In this document: positions 38,068 to 50,500 of the stretch, in pieces
How the letters are laid out: each line of letters opens with the position of its first letter
Position numbering within the stretch: position 1 is the stretch's first letter
DNA from: Basidiobolus meristosporus CBS 931.73
Taxonomy: Eukaryota > Fungi > Basidiobolomycota
NCBI GenBank assembly: GCA_002104905.1
Contig: MCFE01000001.1
Span: 248,001-312,000, forward strand
DNA length: 64,000 nt
Reading direction: 5' to 3'
Program-made: the position numbers and the translations under genes
Notes under the pieces: model-generated
Told to the model about the DNA's origin: nothing
Databases searched by the model: none
Seen by the model: only the letters and a program-made list of their open reading frames with translations

Positions 38068-39600
38068 CTAGACAGAAGTTGTAGTGGAGCTGGAGATACT
38101 AGTAGGGGAGGTTGGTTCAGCTGGTGGGCCCGATTCTGCACTAGTGGGAGCACTCGGCTCGCCACTAGTTGGAGCAGTTTCTGCACTGGTAGGAGCACCA
38201 GACTCAGCCGGACTCGACTCAGCATTGGTAGGGGCACTTGACTCACTAGGGGAACTAGGTTCACCACTAGTGGGAGCACTGGACTCTGCCGGGCTCGACT
38301 CAGCACTGGTAGGGGTACTTGACTCGCCAGGGGAACTAGGTTCACCACTAGTTGGAGCACCCGACGCTACCGGACTCGACTCAGCACTGGTAGGGGCACT
38401 TGACTCACCAGGGGCGCTAGATTCACCGCTAGTGGGAGCACTTGACTCTGCCGGACTCGACTCAGCACTGGTAGGGGCACTTGACTCACTAGGGGAACTA
38501 GGCTCGCCGCCAGTGGGAGCACTTGATTCTGCCAGACTCGACTCAGCACTGGTAGGGGCACTTGGCTCACTAGGGGAACTAGGCTCGCCGCTAGTGGGAG
38601 CACTTGATTCTGCTGGACTCGCCTCAGCACTGGTAGGGGCACTTGACTCACCAGGGGAGCTAGGTTCACCGCTAGTGGGAGCACTTGATTCTGCTGGACT
38701 CGACTCAGCACTGGTAGGGGCACTTGACTCACTAGGGGAACTAGGCTCGCCGCTAGTAGGGGCACCAGACTCAGCCGGACTCGACTCAGCACTGGTAGGG
38801 GCACTTGACTCACCAGGGGAGCTAGGTTCACCGCTAGTGGGAGCGCTTGATTCTGCTGGACTCGACTCAGCACCAGTAGGAGCACCGGACTCACCAGGGG
38901 AACTAGGCTCGCCGCTAGTAGGAGCACTTGATTCTGCCGGACTCGACTCAGCACTGGTAGGGGCACTTGATTCGCTAGGGGAACTGGGCTCACTGCTAGT
39001 AGGAGCACCAGACTCAACCGGACTCGACTCAGCACTGGTAGGGGCACTTGACTCACCAGGAGAGCTAGGTTCGCCGCTAGTGGGAGCACTTGACTCATTA
39101 GGGGAACTAGGCTCACTGCTAGTAGGAGCACTTGATTCTGCCGGACTCGACTCAGCACCAGTAGGGGTACCGGACTCACCAGGGGAACTGGGCTCACCGC
39201 TAGTGGGAGCACTTGATTCTGCCGGACTCGACTCGGCACCAGTAGGGGTACCGGACTCACCAGGGGAACTGGGCTCGCCGCTAGTAGGAGCACTTGATTC
39301 TGCTGGACTCGACTGTACACTAGTAGGCCCGGTTGACATGGGTACACCGGGTGTAGTTGAAGTGTGGAAAGTTGAGGTAGTCACCGACGATATAACATTG
39401 GTGCTGGTAACCGTGCTCAAACCCGTAAAAGTAGTTGTGGTGGTCGTTTGATAAGAGAGCACTGATTGTAGCAATTTGGGAAAATTGTCATCGGGACCCT
39501 CGGGATTCTCAGCCTCGATCCATCCTTGGTGAATTGGGGAGGAGTTAGAAACCAATGTGAGCGAGGCCAACACGGCGAGGAAGAAGGCTTTGGAAAGCAT
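38068..39600 (-). CDS. Secreted Ser/Pro/Ala/Glu/Thr/Gly-rich tandem-repeat protein (mucin or adhesin-like, about 510 aa, intronless)
   Basis: Signal peptide MLSKAFFLAVLASLTLVSNS, Thr-rich linker, about 14 higher-order 27-aa units. TATAAAG on the minus strand at 39664-39658. Confidence 0.88.
   Translation of the reverse strand: MLSKAFFLAVLASLTLVSNSSPIHQGWIEAENPEGPDDNFPKLLQSVLSYQTTTTTTFTGLSTVTSTNVISSVTTSTFHTSTTPGVPMSTGPTSVQSSPAESSAPTSGEPSSPGESGTPTGAESSPAESSAPTSGEPSSPGESGTPTGAESSPAESSAPTSSEPSSPNESSAPTSGEPSSPGESSAPTSAESSPVESGAPTSSEPSSPSESSAPTSAESSPAESSAPTSGEPSSPGESGAPTGAESSPAESSAPTSGEPSSPGESSAPTSAESSPAESGAPTSGEPSSPSESSAPTSAESSPAESSAPTSGEPSSPGESSAPTSAEASPAESSAPTSGEPSSPSEPSAPTSAESSLAESSAPTGGEPSSPSESSAPTSAESSPAESSAPTSGESSAPGESSAPTSAESSPVASGAPTSGEPSSPGESSTPTSAESSPAESSAPTSGEPSSPSESSAPTNAESSPAESGAPTSAETAPTSGEPSAPTSAESGPPAEPTSPTSISSSTTTSV
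38180..39330. repeat. Coding minisatellite with an 81-bp period (39+42 bp subunits)
   Basis: ACTCGACTCAGC recurs at 81-bp spacing (for example 38455 and 38536). Confidence 0.93.
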
Positions 39601-40533
39601 AGCAACAGAGGGAACAGAATGAGTGACTGTGGAACCAGGCTGATGCACCTTGGGCCTCTTTATACTGCGCGGTGGTTGCAAAAATAGCCTTGATTACTGA
39701 CGTGATTATGGTATTTTTGCGGTAGACACCATGTCCACACAGCTATCCATGGAGCATATAAATAACCAAGAACCTACTCCACAACATCACGAATAGGCAC
39801 CAGTAGGCAAGCGATATTATTAACCTTGAGGCAACCCCGCGTTTGCCACTGAGGAAAGACCACTTGCATAAGCTCAGATCAATGCTAAGAGGCAATGCAT
39901 AAATCACCGGAGGTTATTTTTAGCCCGGGTTTACTTATTGACTGACGGTGGTGGTCTAGCCAATTCGTTACCAACCCATTGTTGCTGTTACATCATTCCC
40001 CAGAGTGACTTACTATTTGTACGCGCTTCAGATGGAACAATTACCCGATTCTGAGGGTGAGCCTATCACCTGGCATGAAGCGTTCTCACCGGCCCAAACC
40101 AATAACAGCGTTGGATGTGTTGTGTTGTCAGGATCTTCATATGTTGCTCTAGGTGAGCCATACAAGGGCAATCATTCGTGTGCTGTCATTCTGGACGGTG
40201 CTACAATCAAGGCTAGCGATGAGTCATTCTGCTTTGAGCAATGATAAGGTTGTCCCACAGCCACATAAATCCAAAAATCAATCCTAATGTAAAGGTCTGG
40301 TGACGCAAATCTTAAATGCCGAGATCAGTTCGCATCCACAAGTAGCGATTTACCAAGTGCTTTTGACACATTCCGATTTTCCTGGGGGTCAGGCTTAAGC
40401 GATGATTGGGGAGTTGATGGCAGAATATATAGTTGATGCCCCTGTCAACTGGACCTCAGTGTACTTTGGGTCTATACTCTTTTTGTAGCGCACCAAACCT
40501 TGCAACCTCGCGAAAGTTCTTATCACTGCAACA

Positions 40534-41880
40534 ATGGCTACCAAGCAAATAACTAAGCCTGAGATCTCCGTCAAACGTATCTACTTGTTGCGAAGCCTCA
40601 ACCTGCCTCTTCACCCACTAAGCCTTGCCCTTTCTAGCTCTCCCATTCCACCTTCAGTTTGTGGCTGGTGCCGTTGCTGGAGTCAGTGAGATCCTGACCA
40701 TGTACCCCCTGGATGGTATGTCATAGAGTGCTATTTCAAGGACCAGCCAGATACTCATTGTTTGCTAGTTGTCAAAACCAGGTTCCAACTTCAGGTTGGA
40801 AAAGGCGGTGCCGAAGGGTACACCTCTATTGCGGACTGCTTCAGAAAGATTATCAAGACTGAAGGGTACACGGACCAACTCCCAAAGCCTTCCCTTTGGA
40901 CTTCCGTGCTAACCAGCCTATCTTGAATATAGCTTTGGCCGCTTGTACCGTGGTATCATCCCCCCTGTCATGGTCGAGGCTCCTAAGCGTGCCATTAAGT
41001 TTGCCGCTAACGAGCAATACAGTATACTGTACAAGAACCTCTTCGGGATGCCTAAAATGACCCAATCCCTATCCATTCTCACTGGTGTCAGCGCTGGTGT
41101 TACTGAAGCCTTTGTGGTTGTTTCCTTTGAGCTGGTGAAGATTCGTTTGCAAGACAAGAACAACGTAAGTGGCTCATCCCCAGACACGACTTCTTCCCCA
41201 TTTTTAGGTGCTAATGTTTACAACAGGCTGGTAGATATAATGGCACAATGGATTGTGTTAGAAAGATCCTTGCTGAAGAAGGTAGGGTTTGTCTTTGTGC
41301 ATATGGTCCCAGAGTCAAGTATTGATGGGAGCCCACTCTTCACGACAGGTCCTCTCGCTTTCTTCAAGGGCCTGGAGGCCACCATATACCGCCACGCCTT
41401 CTGGAACGGTGGCTATTTCGGAGTGATTTATGGAGTAAGATCTGCTCTCCCCGAGGCTCAGGTAAATCTTACGTTGATAAGCAATCTCTAAACGTACCAG
41501 CTTTTAAACAATCAACCAAAGACCAAGCAGGGTGAATTGCTTCGCAACTTCACGGCAGGAGCCATTGGCGGCACCGCCGGTACCCTCCTCAACACACCAT
41601 TCGATGTTGTCAAAACCAGAATTCAGAACCAAGCCCCTGGAATCATTCCCAAGTACAACTGGGCCTTCCCAGCCATCAAGACCGTTTACAAGGAGGAAGG
41701 GTAAGGAACTGATATAGCATGTGTAGTAGTGCCCATCAAATGACTCACGAATATCCATGCAGATTCGGCGCTTTGTACAAAGGATTCGTTCCCAAGGTGC
41801 TGAGATTAGGACCAGGTGGAGGTATCTTGCTGGTGGTCTTCGACCAAGTCAGCACCCTTCTGCGGAAGAACTTCATGTAA
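40534..41880 (+). CDS. ODC1: Mitochondrial 2-oxodicarboxylate carrier (SLC25A21 family)
   Basis: KPLPFHLQFVAGAVAGVSEILTMYPLDVVKTRFQLQ, LYRGIIPPVMVEAPKRAIKFAANE, FELVKIRLQDK, LNTPFDVVKTRIQ, PKVLRLGPGGGILLVVFDQ. Confidence 0.95.
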
Positions 41881-42330
41881 TCAAGCACTCTGTATACCCA
41901 CTACCCACTTCCCACTACCCACTACTACTCCAAGTGATTCCCGACTCTGTCCCATTCCACCAATGCTTCCTCCCCTCAATTCAAACTTCAAATGAAATAA
42001 GGAACATTCCACTGACGTTCAACGGAAAGAATTGTACTACACTTGGTGGAACCCACCGGAACAGGTTATTGCTGTCAAATAAGTTTCCCAAACACCCAAT
42101 GCAAATGTACGTCCCAAGTGCCCAATCAATATCACCACTCGGATCAAACATTCCAATTCGGAGAAATCCAGAATGCCATCACTTGGACCAAATATCGGTT
42201 TCAAACAAATGGGCATTAGTCTCCGAGAGGTGGGGATGATCTGGATATAAGCGGGCGAGCCCTGGCCCAGCCAACACGTAGCCTTTCCTTCTAAACCCAC
42301 TGGTTAGGCCAGCTCTAACTTCCTTCTGTG

Positions 42331-43727
42331 ATGTATAAAATCCCCTTAATTCTCGTATTGGTTAAATTGATATCAGGAGGGATTGGAGTTCCCTTGGAAG
42401 ACGTGGAGTCGGAGAGCGTATGTTATGACCATCCGAACCCGCTGGATGTCGACGATGTTGTTCCCACGGATTGTAGCTATTTCTCGGAGGAGAATACTTA
42501 CAAACAGGAACAACCGGCGATGAGGCTGGCTTCTTTTCGATGCACTGAAAGCCCGGCAGTCTGCGAAAAAGCCAAAGCTACATTCCAAATAGCTTTTGAT
42601 CTCTTGGGCAACGTGATAGAGTTCAAGCGGCCGGTGAACGTGAAGGCGTCCTATGTAAATTATTGTCGAGATATGGGATGGTGTCGTTCGTCGTTGCTAG
42701 GTAAGTGAAGCACCTCCATGCGAGGAGCGCCAGAGCACTAATAGAGATGTGTAGGCTATGCCGGCCCGGCCAGAAGTATCCGATTGAAAAGTAGCGATGG
42801 AAAGTACCGAATGTATCCACAGGGATTGGTGAAGCAAATGAACTCGACGGACTCTTCGCGGTTCAGTGGACTAGACATTCAGGCTACCTTTAACTCCGAG
42901 ACGAGGTTTTGGTTCCAAGTGGTAAGTGGCCAACGTGAACCTCATCACCCCTCTCAACTCGAGCTCACCAACAAACAACCCAGGACAACAACCCCATCAA
43001 GAGAGGCCAATACGATTTCCTCTCAGTGATTCTTCACGAGCTGGTCCATGGCCTAGGCTTTACCACCCAGTGGAACAGCTACTACAACATTGGCTTAATG
43101 CCAAGGCCAAGCTTTTCCAACTCGAGAAACGGCCGGGCAAGATTCTCCGGCTTCACCGAGAACGCTTTCGACCAATACCTAGTGGAGGTGCCGACCATGA
43201 CCAAACTAACCAAGATTGCCGACCAGATAAGCAGCAAGTTACGCTCGCAGGAGTATGAACGCGTTTCCTCAAAAGCAGGGATTCTTCGAAAGTTCCAGGA
43301 TTCGGTGGATTCCCACCTTCCCAGGGATCTGCTGAAGGCCGTTACAAAGCCCCGAACCATCGGATTCCTTCCAAAAAATTCCAAGGATGTCATCTTCTTG
43401 GAGACCTCGATCCGTAGATTCACGCAGGGTAGCTCGCTATGTCACCTGGATTACCGAAGCAACCTCAACTCGCCCGATTTCGTGATGAAATACAAGAGCG
43501 GGCCTGGCTCGATTCAATCAAAGCTGAGCAAGATCAAGCTAAACAAATACTCCCCGATCGGCCCTCAGCTTATCAGCATTCTGGAAACCTTGGGATACAA
43601 GATAAACCCAAATCCCAGGCCATTGTCAGAGCTGCTTCCCCACTGGGGCAACAAGCGACTGGAATCGAATGAAGTGCACGAGCACTCGAAGCAATTCACG
43701 GCTGACGAAGAGCTGCTTTTGAGATGA
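42331..43727 (+). CDS. Secreted putative zinc metalloprotease (HELVHGLGF), 3 exons
   Basis: Signal peptide MYKIPLILVLVKLISGGIG, Cys-containing N-domain, YDFLSVILHELVHGLGFTT, later GSSLCHLDY and PDFVMKY, SPIGPQLISILETLGY. Confidence 0.85.
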
Positions 43728-43874
43728 ACAAATCCACCACCGATGAAGGGCAGGTTTTAAGACGAACAGTGACCTTTATTTACATGGATAATTGGCGTTC
43801 AGTGCTGTGCTGTGTTGTGTTGAGATGTATATAGATTTAGGAGGGATTAACTTGTGCGTAGCCATTGTATAGAC

Positions 43875-45777
43875 TCAGGGATGTATAACCGTAACCAAAT
43901 ATTCTTGATATCTGTTTAAGATCAGTTTAAATTCTTTTCGAGATAAATTTTCTCGATACATAATCTCCTCTACATGGTGCTTTCCGTCGAAGTACTGGGT
44001 CAACCTGAAGACCGTTTGTTAGGCTGGGTGTTGATGTAATATGGGGGATAGCTTACCTCTGGAAAAGGGATGCCACTTCTCGGGGCTGGGAGGAGGCAAG
44101 CCTCTTCAGCCAGTCCCTTTCAACATCGGTGGCTTGTTCGGAGCCCGATATCAACGAGTAGGTTGAAGAGGCGACCAGCTCAGTGCTCATGTCGTGCTGG
44201 AGCTCTTCCAGCTCCTCGACGTTGTAGCCAAGCTTGATATGCTTGGGGATCATCAGGTATATGTACGTATGCAGCTGAATCACCAAGTCCTGCTTAAGCA
44301 AGTAAACCAACGCTTCGATGTAGACCGATCTCTGCTCTCTACTCGGGATGATGGAGGAATAGGCTTTCGGTGTGGAGAAGGAGGACAGCAGCGTAAACAG
44401 GTCCAGTTGGGGGAAATCCGCCTGAAATTGCTCCGCAATGGTCGCCACACTAACAATCAAGAACGCCAGCTTAGTACCCGCCTGCCCATGCATCCGGGCG
44501 CTACCCACTTACTTGGTGAAGTTCGCGCGGGGTGGTGTGACGTAGACGTTTCGGATGCTGATGGCATCGATCAGCTTGGCTTTCTTCCAGTAGATCAGGT
44601 GCGCGGCTAAACGATAGATCTGGGCCAGAGAACAGTCGATGACCTCATGGAGTTCGGCAAGACTGTAGAAGATGGTTAGACCCAAGGCCTCGGGGAGCCG
44701 CTTTTGCTTACCTTTTTGTGGGAGTCAGGGCCTTGATGAACTGGATCAATGTGGGCGAGGAGTCAAACGGGATCTCGCTGACCAGCTGCTCGGCGTTTTC
44801 CAAGAGAAGCAGCGTGTGGTAGGGTCGCAGGACAGGGTAATGCTCGTACTGGTACTCGATGCTCTCCGTGTCGTCCTCCTCCAGGAAATTCAGCGAGGTT
44901 TTGGGCAAATACGGGGGGATCTGCAAAGACAGGCTGATGTAGTTGTTGACCTCGACCTGCGCGACCGATTTGGTTTTGACTGCGTAGTAGATGCGGGCAA
45001 TGTCTCGCGCTAGGGAGCTTTGGGCCAACACCCTGCCCATCAACTCGTCGTATCCGAACTCAACTAAATCATTGGAAAATCCTGGTTACCCGCTGCACTG
45101 TCTCCTAGAGTGGCTTGAAAATACCTACTGTTGGTCCCAGCCTCGTCGGTCAGCGCCATGATCCGATCCGCCTCTTGCCGAACGTAGCCGCACCGAATTT
45201 GCTCGTATCGTAAAGCGGCCGTGAATTTGGTGATGACATGGTTATACAGATCCTCCACCTCCCTATTGAGGTCCAACGCCGCCGGCTCCATAACAAACAC
45301 CAGATGGAACATGGTTACTTGCGAGACGGGGGTGTTGGAGTTTTCTTGTTTTTCGCCGGTGGGTGAGGAGTCGGAAGAGCTTGCCGCGGTTTTCGACTGG
45401 TGGTGGCCGTTTTCGGAGCCGGCCTCGTTTCTTTTGGTGAGATTCCGGATGATCAAGGTGGGATGGCCGACAAAGGTGAGCCCGTCGATGGTGAGTTGGA
45501 ACCGGGAATCACACAGGGAAGCTTTGGGGGAGAGTATGTCCGCTAGCAGATGCGGTTCGTAGCCAAACAGATTTTCCGCGAGCCAGTTTCGCTTGACTTC
45601 GGACTGATCGAGGTTGCCGACCGAGAGCCGTTTGAAACTCGACTGGATGTTTTCTCCAGGGTCTGGGTGGCCTTCATTGCGCTCAGCGTTTGACACCGGG
45701 TTCTTCGGATATCTAAACACGAAGTGATGGCCTCTACTCGAGTTGACAATCAAAAGGATGGCTAACAAGGAAGGCAT
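43875..45777 (-). CDS. NPR3: GATOR1/SEACIT subunit Npr3 (NPRL3)
   Basis: MPSLLAILLIVNSSRGHHFVFRYP, FQLTIDGLTFVGHPT, LRYEQIRCGYV, LRPYHTLLLL, AAHLIYWKKAKLIDAI, YFDGKHHVEEIMYRENLSRK. Confidence 0.96.
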
Positions 45778-45958
45778 GCTAGTCCACGAAACCGTAGTGT
45801 GTGAGTGTGGTGTCTTCGAAACGTATGTACATCGTGCATAAATTATTAAATCAATAAATTTGAAGTCTACCAAGATTGATAATCCATGGATCCTCAATGT
45901 CAATTCTGGATGGCTGCCGTAGGGTTGTATTGCTTGTTGACTGTTATTCCAGTAATTC

Positions 45959-47471
45959 ATGACCAGGCTAGCCTCACTAGAATTCCCGGACTTTGAGAAG
46001 GATCAATTGGAGTTATATTTGTCGCAGCTCCAGGCCATAGGAATCACTACTGGTAACTCGTGTTTAGGTCAGCTTGCCGATTTGCTTCGCTTCTCATGTT
46101 CGTGTCAACCCTGTTTAGATCAGGATTTCCTGTTGACTGATTTGAATGGCCTCATTAATAGAACAAAACTCCCCATTAAAGTAAGAGGTCCTATTTCCTC
46201 CAGTTCCTTTCAGTTGTGGGCCTAAACAATGTGGATAAGGTTTTAAAGAAGATCGAAGCTCGGGTACTGAGCTCGAATCAGGTTGCTTGCCAGTTAGCTA
46301 GTGAGATCTATGTTAGAGAGAGTCCCAAACGTTATATGTTAAGCACCGGTAGCGAAAGGTGGTGGTAGCCCTGCCCTTTTTGATAGGCATTTTAAATAAC
46401 CGCTTCTGCAGGATAGACCAGCAATTGGAGGGGGGGCTTTTCTCACAAGAATTGATTGAAGTGAGCGGGCCACCAGGGACCGGAAAAACTCAAGTACAGC
46501 CTATTTCATACTTTTGGGCACCTCCACAGGCAAACTCACTGTTCTTTGAAACATAGCTTGCGCTACAAATGACCGGCTTAATCCTGGCTGAGGACCACAC
46601 GGCGTGCGTTGCGTATCTAGACATCAGTAGGAACTTCAGCCTGTCGCGGATCAATGAGATAGTCCATAGCCGAGGTCATACCGGGGTAAGTTCCGAGTAA
46701 TCGTATGGAACATACACGGCTTTCGCTGAAGCCATGCTAGATGGACGTGAACAAACTGGCGGCACGCATCAAGTATTCGCGGTGCAGCGATCTGTATTCG
46801 TTTATGGATTTTCTGGAGGCAGCCAAAAGCCAACTAAAACAATGGGTAACTTCACGTTCTTGCTGAAAGGATCGCTTAGCCGCCTACTTGCTGAAAGGAT
46901 CGCTTAGCCACCTACCTCTAACCACGGTTTCCAGGGCAATTGCAGACTGTTGGTGATTGACTCCATCACCAGCATATTCTCCTCGCTCATAGGCGTTTCC
47001 TATATCAAAGGTACACAATGGCTGACAAGTCCCCACAGGATCGACTACTAAATCCCTCGTAGGTCGAGCGATGATGTACTCCGCATTCAGAACACTCCAA
47101 GATCTGGCACGGGAGCACAATCTGGTGGTGTTGGTAAGATAGGGATCCATGTGGCTTGTAAAAACGTCCCACTCAATCCATCCTCCAGATCGTCAACTCC
47201 GCCGTCGGCAATCACTCCAACCTGGAACGAGGCTCGCTGAATACCAAGCCAGCATTGGGCGGGGCCTGGTCGAACCTTCCGTACGTCCAGATCTTCCTGA
47301 CACGCGGTCGTCAGAATGAAAAATGCCGAATAAACTGCCAGATCCTCAAGTCGCTGAGATCGGTTCGTAACCTATATACCAGCAAGTATTCATTCTCGGC
47401 TAACTCGCGACCAATTGCAGGACCCAGGCTCGATAGTTCAAGTGGAATTGAATGAGGCTGGGCTGTGTTAG
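45959..47471 (+). CDS. RAD51D: RAD51 paralog D, multi-exon
   Basis: LSTGSERIDQQLEGGLFSQELIEVSGPPGTGKTQ (Walker A), AYLDISRNFS, LLVIDSITSIFS, TKPALGGAWSNLP. Confidence 0.85.
46859..46914 (+). repeat. 28-bp tandem duplication inside a RAD51D intron
   Basis: CTTGCTGAAAGGATCGCTTAGCC(G/A)CCTA x2. Confidence 0.9.
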
Positions 47472-47583
47472 AGGCAGCGGTGCCCTCAAACTTCGATACC
47501 ACGTTCATGTACAAACCTGAAATAAACAACAAACTAGCTTCGAATGGATAATGTTTATTTACATGCGTTCATCTAGCGCTTAT

Positions 47584-50500
47584 CTAGTGACTGTCCAATA
47601 TCCTTTCTAGCTTGTCCATCAGTATGGTTAATTCCTGTCCACCTGCACCTACATCCTCACTACCACGGAGTGCATGAATCCCCTCACGGATTTGTTGGAC
47701 CACTACAGGACTTAGTGTATAGTCCACCACCTGCTCGGTGGCACTGGCGGCCAGCAGCGACATCAGGAGCTTCAGCGAGCCCACGCGCAACTAGAAATGA
47801 CCAAAGTAAGTAGCCAGGACCATCGCATCGATATTCCATCACTGTATTACCTGCAACTCGCTCGAACGTATCCCCATGACGGCCAATTCGATCAACGCCC
47901 CGCGGTTGATGTGTTCCGGGATCAGGTAAGAGTAATGGAACAGAGCCTGGACATCGAGAAGTCATTCAGTTTCCATTCTGGCTTGAATCCACGCTTCAAA
48001 TGTTACCTGAAGACAGGCTGCTCCTGCAATTGTGTGCTTCGGCTCATCAGCAGCCATGCTAACTGTGCTCATCAATGTAGCTATGGTGCGATCAGCGAAG
48101 GCTTTCAGGCGATCCTTGTCGAAGTCCACCTTGGCTGCTGGTCCCGTTGTTCCCAATGGCTGATTGCTAAGTCTCTTGACGGTCATGACGATTACATTCG
48201 CCATACAGGTGGACATCTGCTCTTCGTTCTCATGGAGTGACAGATTCCGCAGGATGAAATGCAGTGTGAATTCGAATATAGGTTCGATTTGCTCATCATC
48301 AATTTCGACTATGGAGCAAGTGGTTTTCAGTAGTTCCGTTCCGCTTAACATCAGCGTCAATGATAACGTATCCATACAGCCCAGTTGTAGTTTGTGGAGG
48401 TTTTCTAGATGGGTGAGGGGATCAGCTGGCAAGTAGGCCCAATTGGTCCGAGAAGGGCTTACCATCAGTGGACTTCCACTGCAGCAGGGTTTTGAAATAG
48501 CTGGAGATCACCTGCTGTACAATGCCTGTCTCTTGCTTATCCAGAGAGTGTTTACGATTGAACGTCTGGATCAGCCATTGGCAAAAACCAAACACCCATT
48601 GCTTGGTGTTCAAGAAGTCTTTCTGCAGGGCATTGCAGAGTGTATCCAGTTGGTCGGCGATCAGGCGAATAGACTCCGGTACTCTTGAGAGGATCTCCAT
48701 CGCAATGGTACGGATTTGAGGGAACTCTAGATCTTCACTACACCTTTCGCGTATTTGAGAACCAAACGAGCTACTCAAGGCTACCTGCTCAAAACAATGC
48801 CCCGGAAGAGTCTGAAATTCATGATCAGTACCAGCACACCACGCTACCTAGAGTCTGCATACCTTCAGAACCAGCAAGGGATGTAAGCGCAAAAACAAAA
48901 GTGCTTGCATTTCCAGCGAAGACTCCTCGGAGTTGGAGTCCAGCATCTCTTTTGTCAATCTGGAGTAGGCCTCGTCGTTAGTAAGCAATGCAAGGCTCGT
49001 ACATCAGATCAGAACTGTACTTTGGCTGTGAAATTAGAGTGTTGGTTATCTCCGAGATAACCGCATCCACCGCATCAGGGTTTCGTCCAAGCGCCTCCGA
49101 AATGGTGTTCCAAAATCGGATCAATATCGTGTCCTTTGGGAATGCATAGGACTTCCTCAACAGTGGCTTGACCAGACTGCTCCACAGCTGATCAGGAACC
49201 TACAAAATCCTTGGCCTTAGGCAAGTCCTCTAAATGGCACATTGGCTCGAGGTACTAACCGAATCAGTCCATTTTCTGATCAAATCAAAGAGTCGTTCAA
49301 CTACAGGAAAAGAGGGCGGGTAAGCAAACTCAGTCAGTCAGAAGATGATCAACACCGCGACGATTACTTTGCTTTTGTATATCCTTCTTATCGCTTCTAT
49401 TGGCGAAACCATGCTTACTGCCAAAGATTTGGCCAGGATTCGAAGGTGGAGTTGACCCTGGGTTCGTCAATGTGGAATTCTCTAACTTGGACAAATTCCT
49501 GGTACACTGATGAGAGAATGCTCAATACCATATTGTTACATACGCATACCTAAGAAGGTCAAGTAACGATAAGATTCCCTCTGCGTTACGACTGTGCTCA
49601 TTCAACATCAGGGTTATGGCGGAGCCGGCTGAAGCGCGTAAGGCAGCGTCGGGGCTAACTAGGCGTATAGAGAGCTTTGAAAACGTATCCAAAGGATCTA
49701 TGATACAAGATGAGTGACAAATACTTTAGGATTGATTGGAAGTATTTTACCAAAATGCGCCAGAAGCCGTGCCGCCAAGTTTCTTAGCTCCACTCGCTCG
49801 CTGCCCATCCGGTCGAATAGCCTCTCCTGAAGCGAATTTCTAGGAAAACCAAAAGGTCAGGTCTTGTAGATAGCATGCACCTCAACCTCGATCATACTTC
49901 ATTTCTGCGCTCAACGTGGTGGAAATAAATCTGAATATTCGTTCCAGTAAACGCATGGCGTTTTTCTGCTGTAACAGCTCTTCCGAATCGAGTCGCTTCA
50001 TTGTATGATGGAGGATCTCGTCTAGGTAACGAAGCAGATTAGAACGCTGGTTCGAAGACGGGACATCAGTATACGCCCATTCAACCTGGTAGGAGGGAAA
50101 AGTGGTCTGCTATGAAGTTGATGGCTGCTTCAGATATGGCATCATCTTCATCCAGAAGCGTAAGAAAGTGACTGAGCACAGACTCAAGTGTGAGTTGCGA
50201 ATCACCGGATCTCTCAATAAACGTCTTGAGCATGGAAAAGGCAGCAGGGTGACCCGGTCCTGGACTGTTAATCTGCACGTGTTTTAGTGAGTGTTACGTG
50301 GGAATCGCAGCCAGCGTAGATACTTACCACTGCCTCGATTAGTCTCAGGAATGCTTTATCCACGCCAATACCGTCAGTAGCTTTCCAGTCATGTATTTTG
50401 AGCCAAAAGCATTCATCTCTATATCCCAAAAACAGTGCACAGCAAACTAGACGGTAATGTGCATCCAGTAGCTCGTCGTTTTCCTTGCAGTCCTGTCAGT

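Noticed and set aside
38084-39451. 455-aa plus-strand ORF and 326-aa alternative-frame ORF in the repeat gene
   Set aside because: Stop-free only because the 81-bp repeat unit lacks stops in those frames; the signal peptide identifies the real frame.
47962-47964. Apparent in-frame TGA nonsense codon in the ARM gene (METE*LLDVQ)
   Set aside because: It lies inside a good 60-nt phase-0 intron (CAG|GTAACA...CTTCTCGATGTCCAG|GCT), so it is not evidence of pseudogenisation or selenocysteine.
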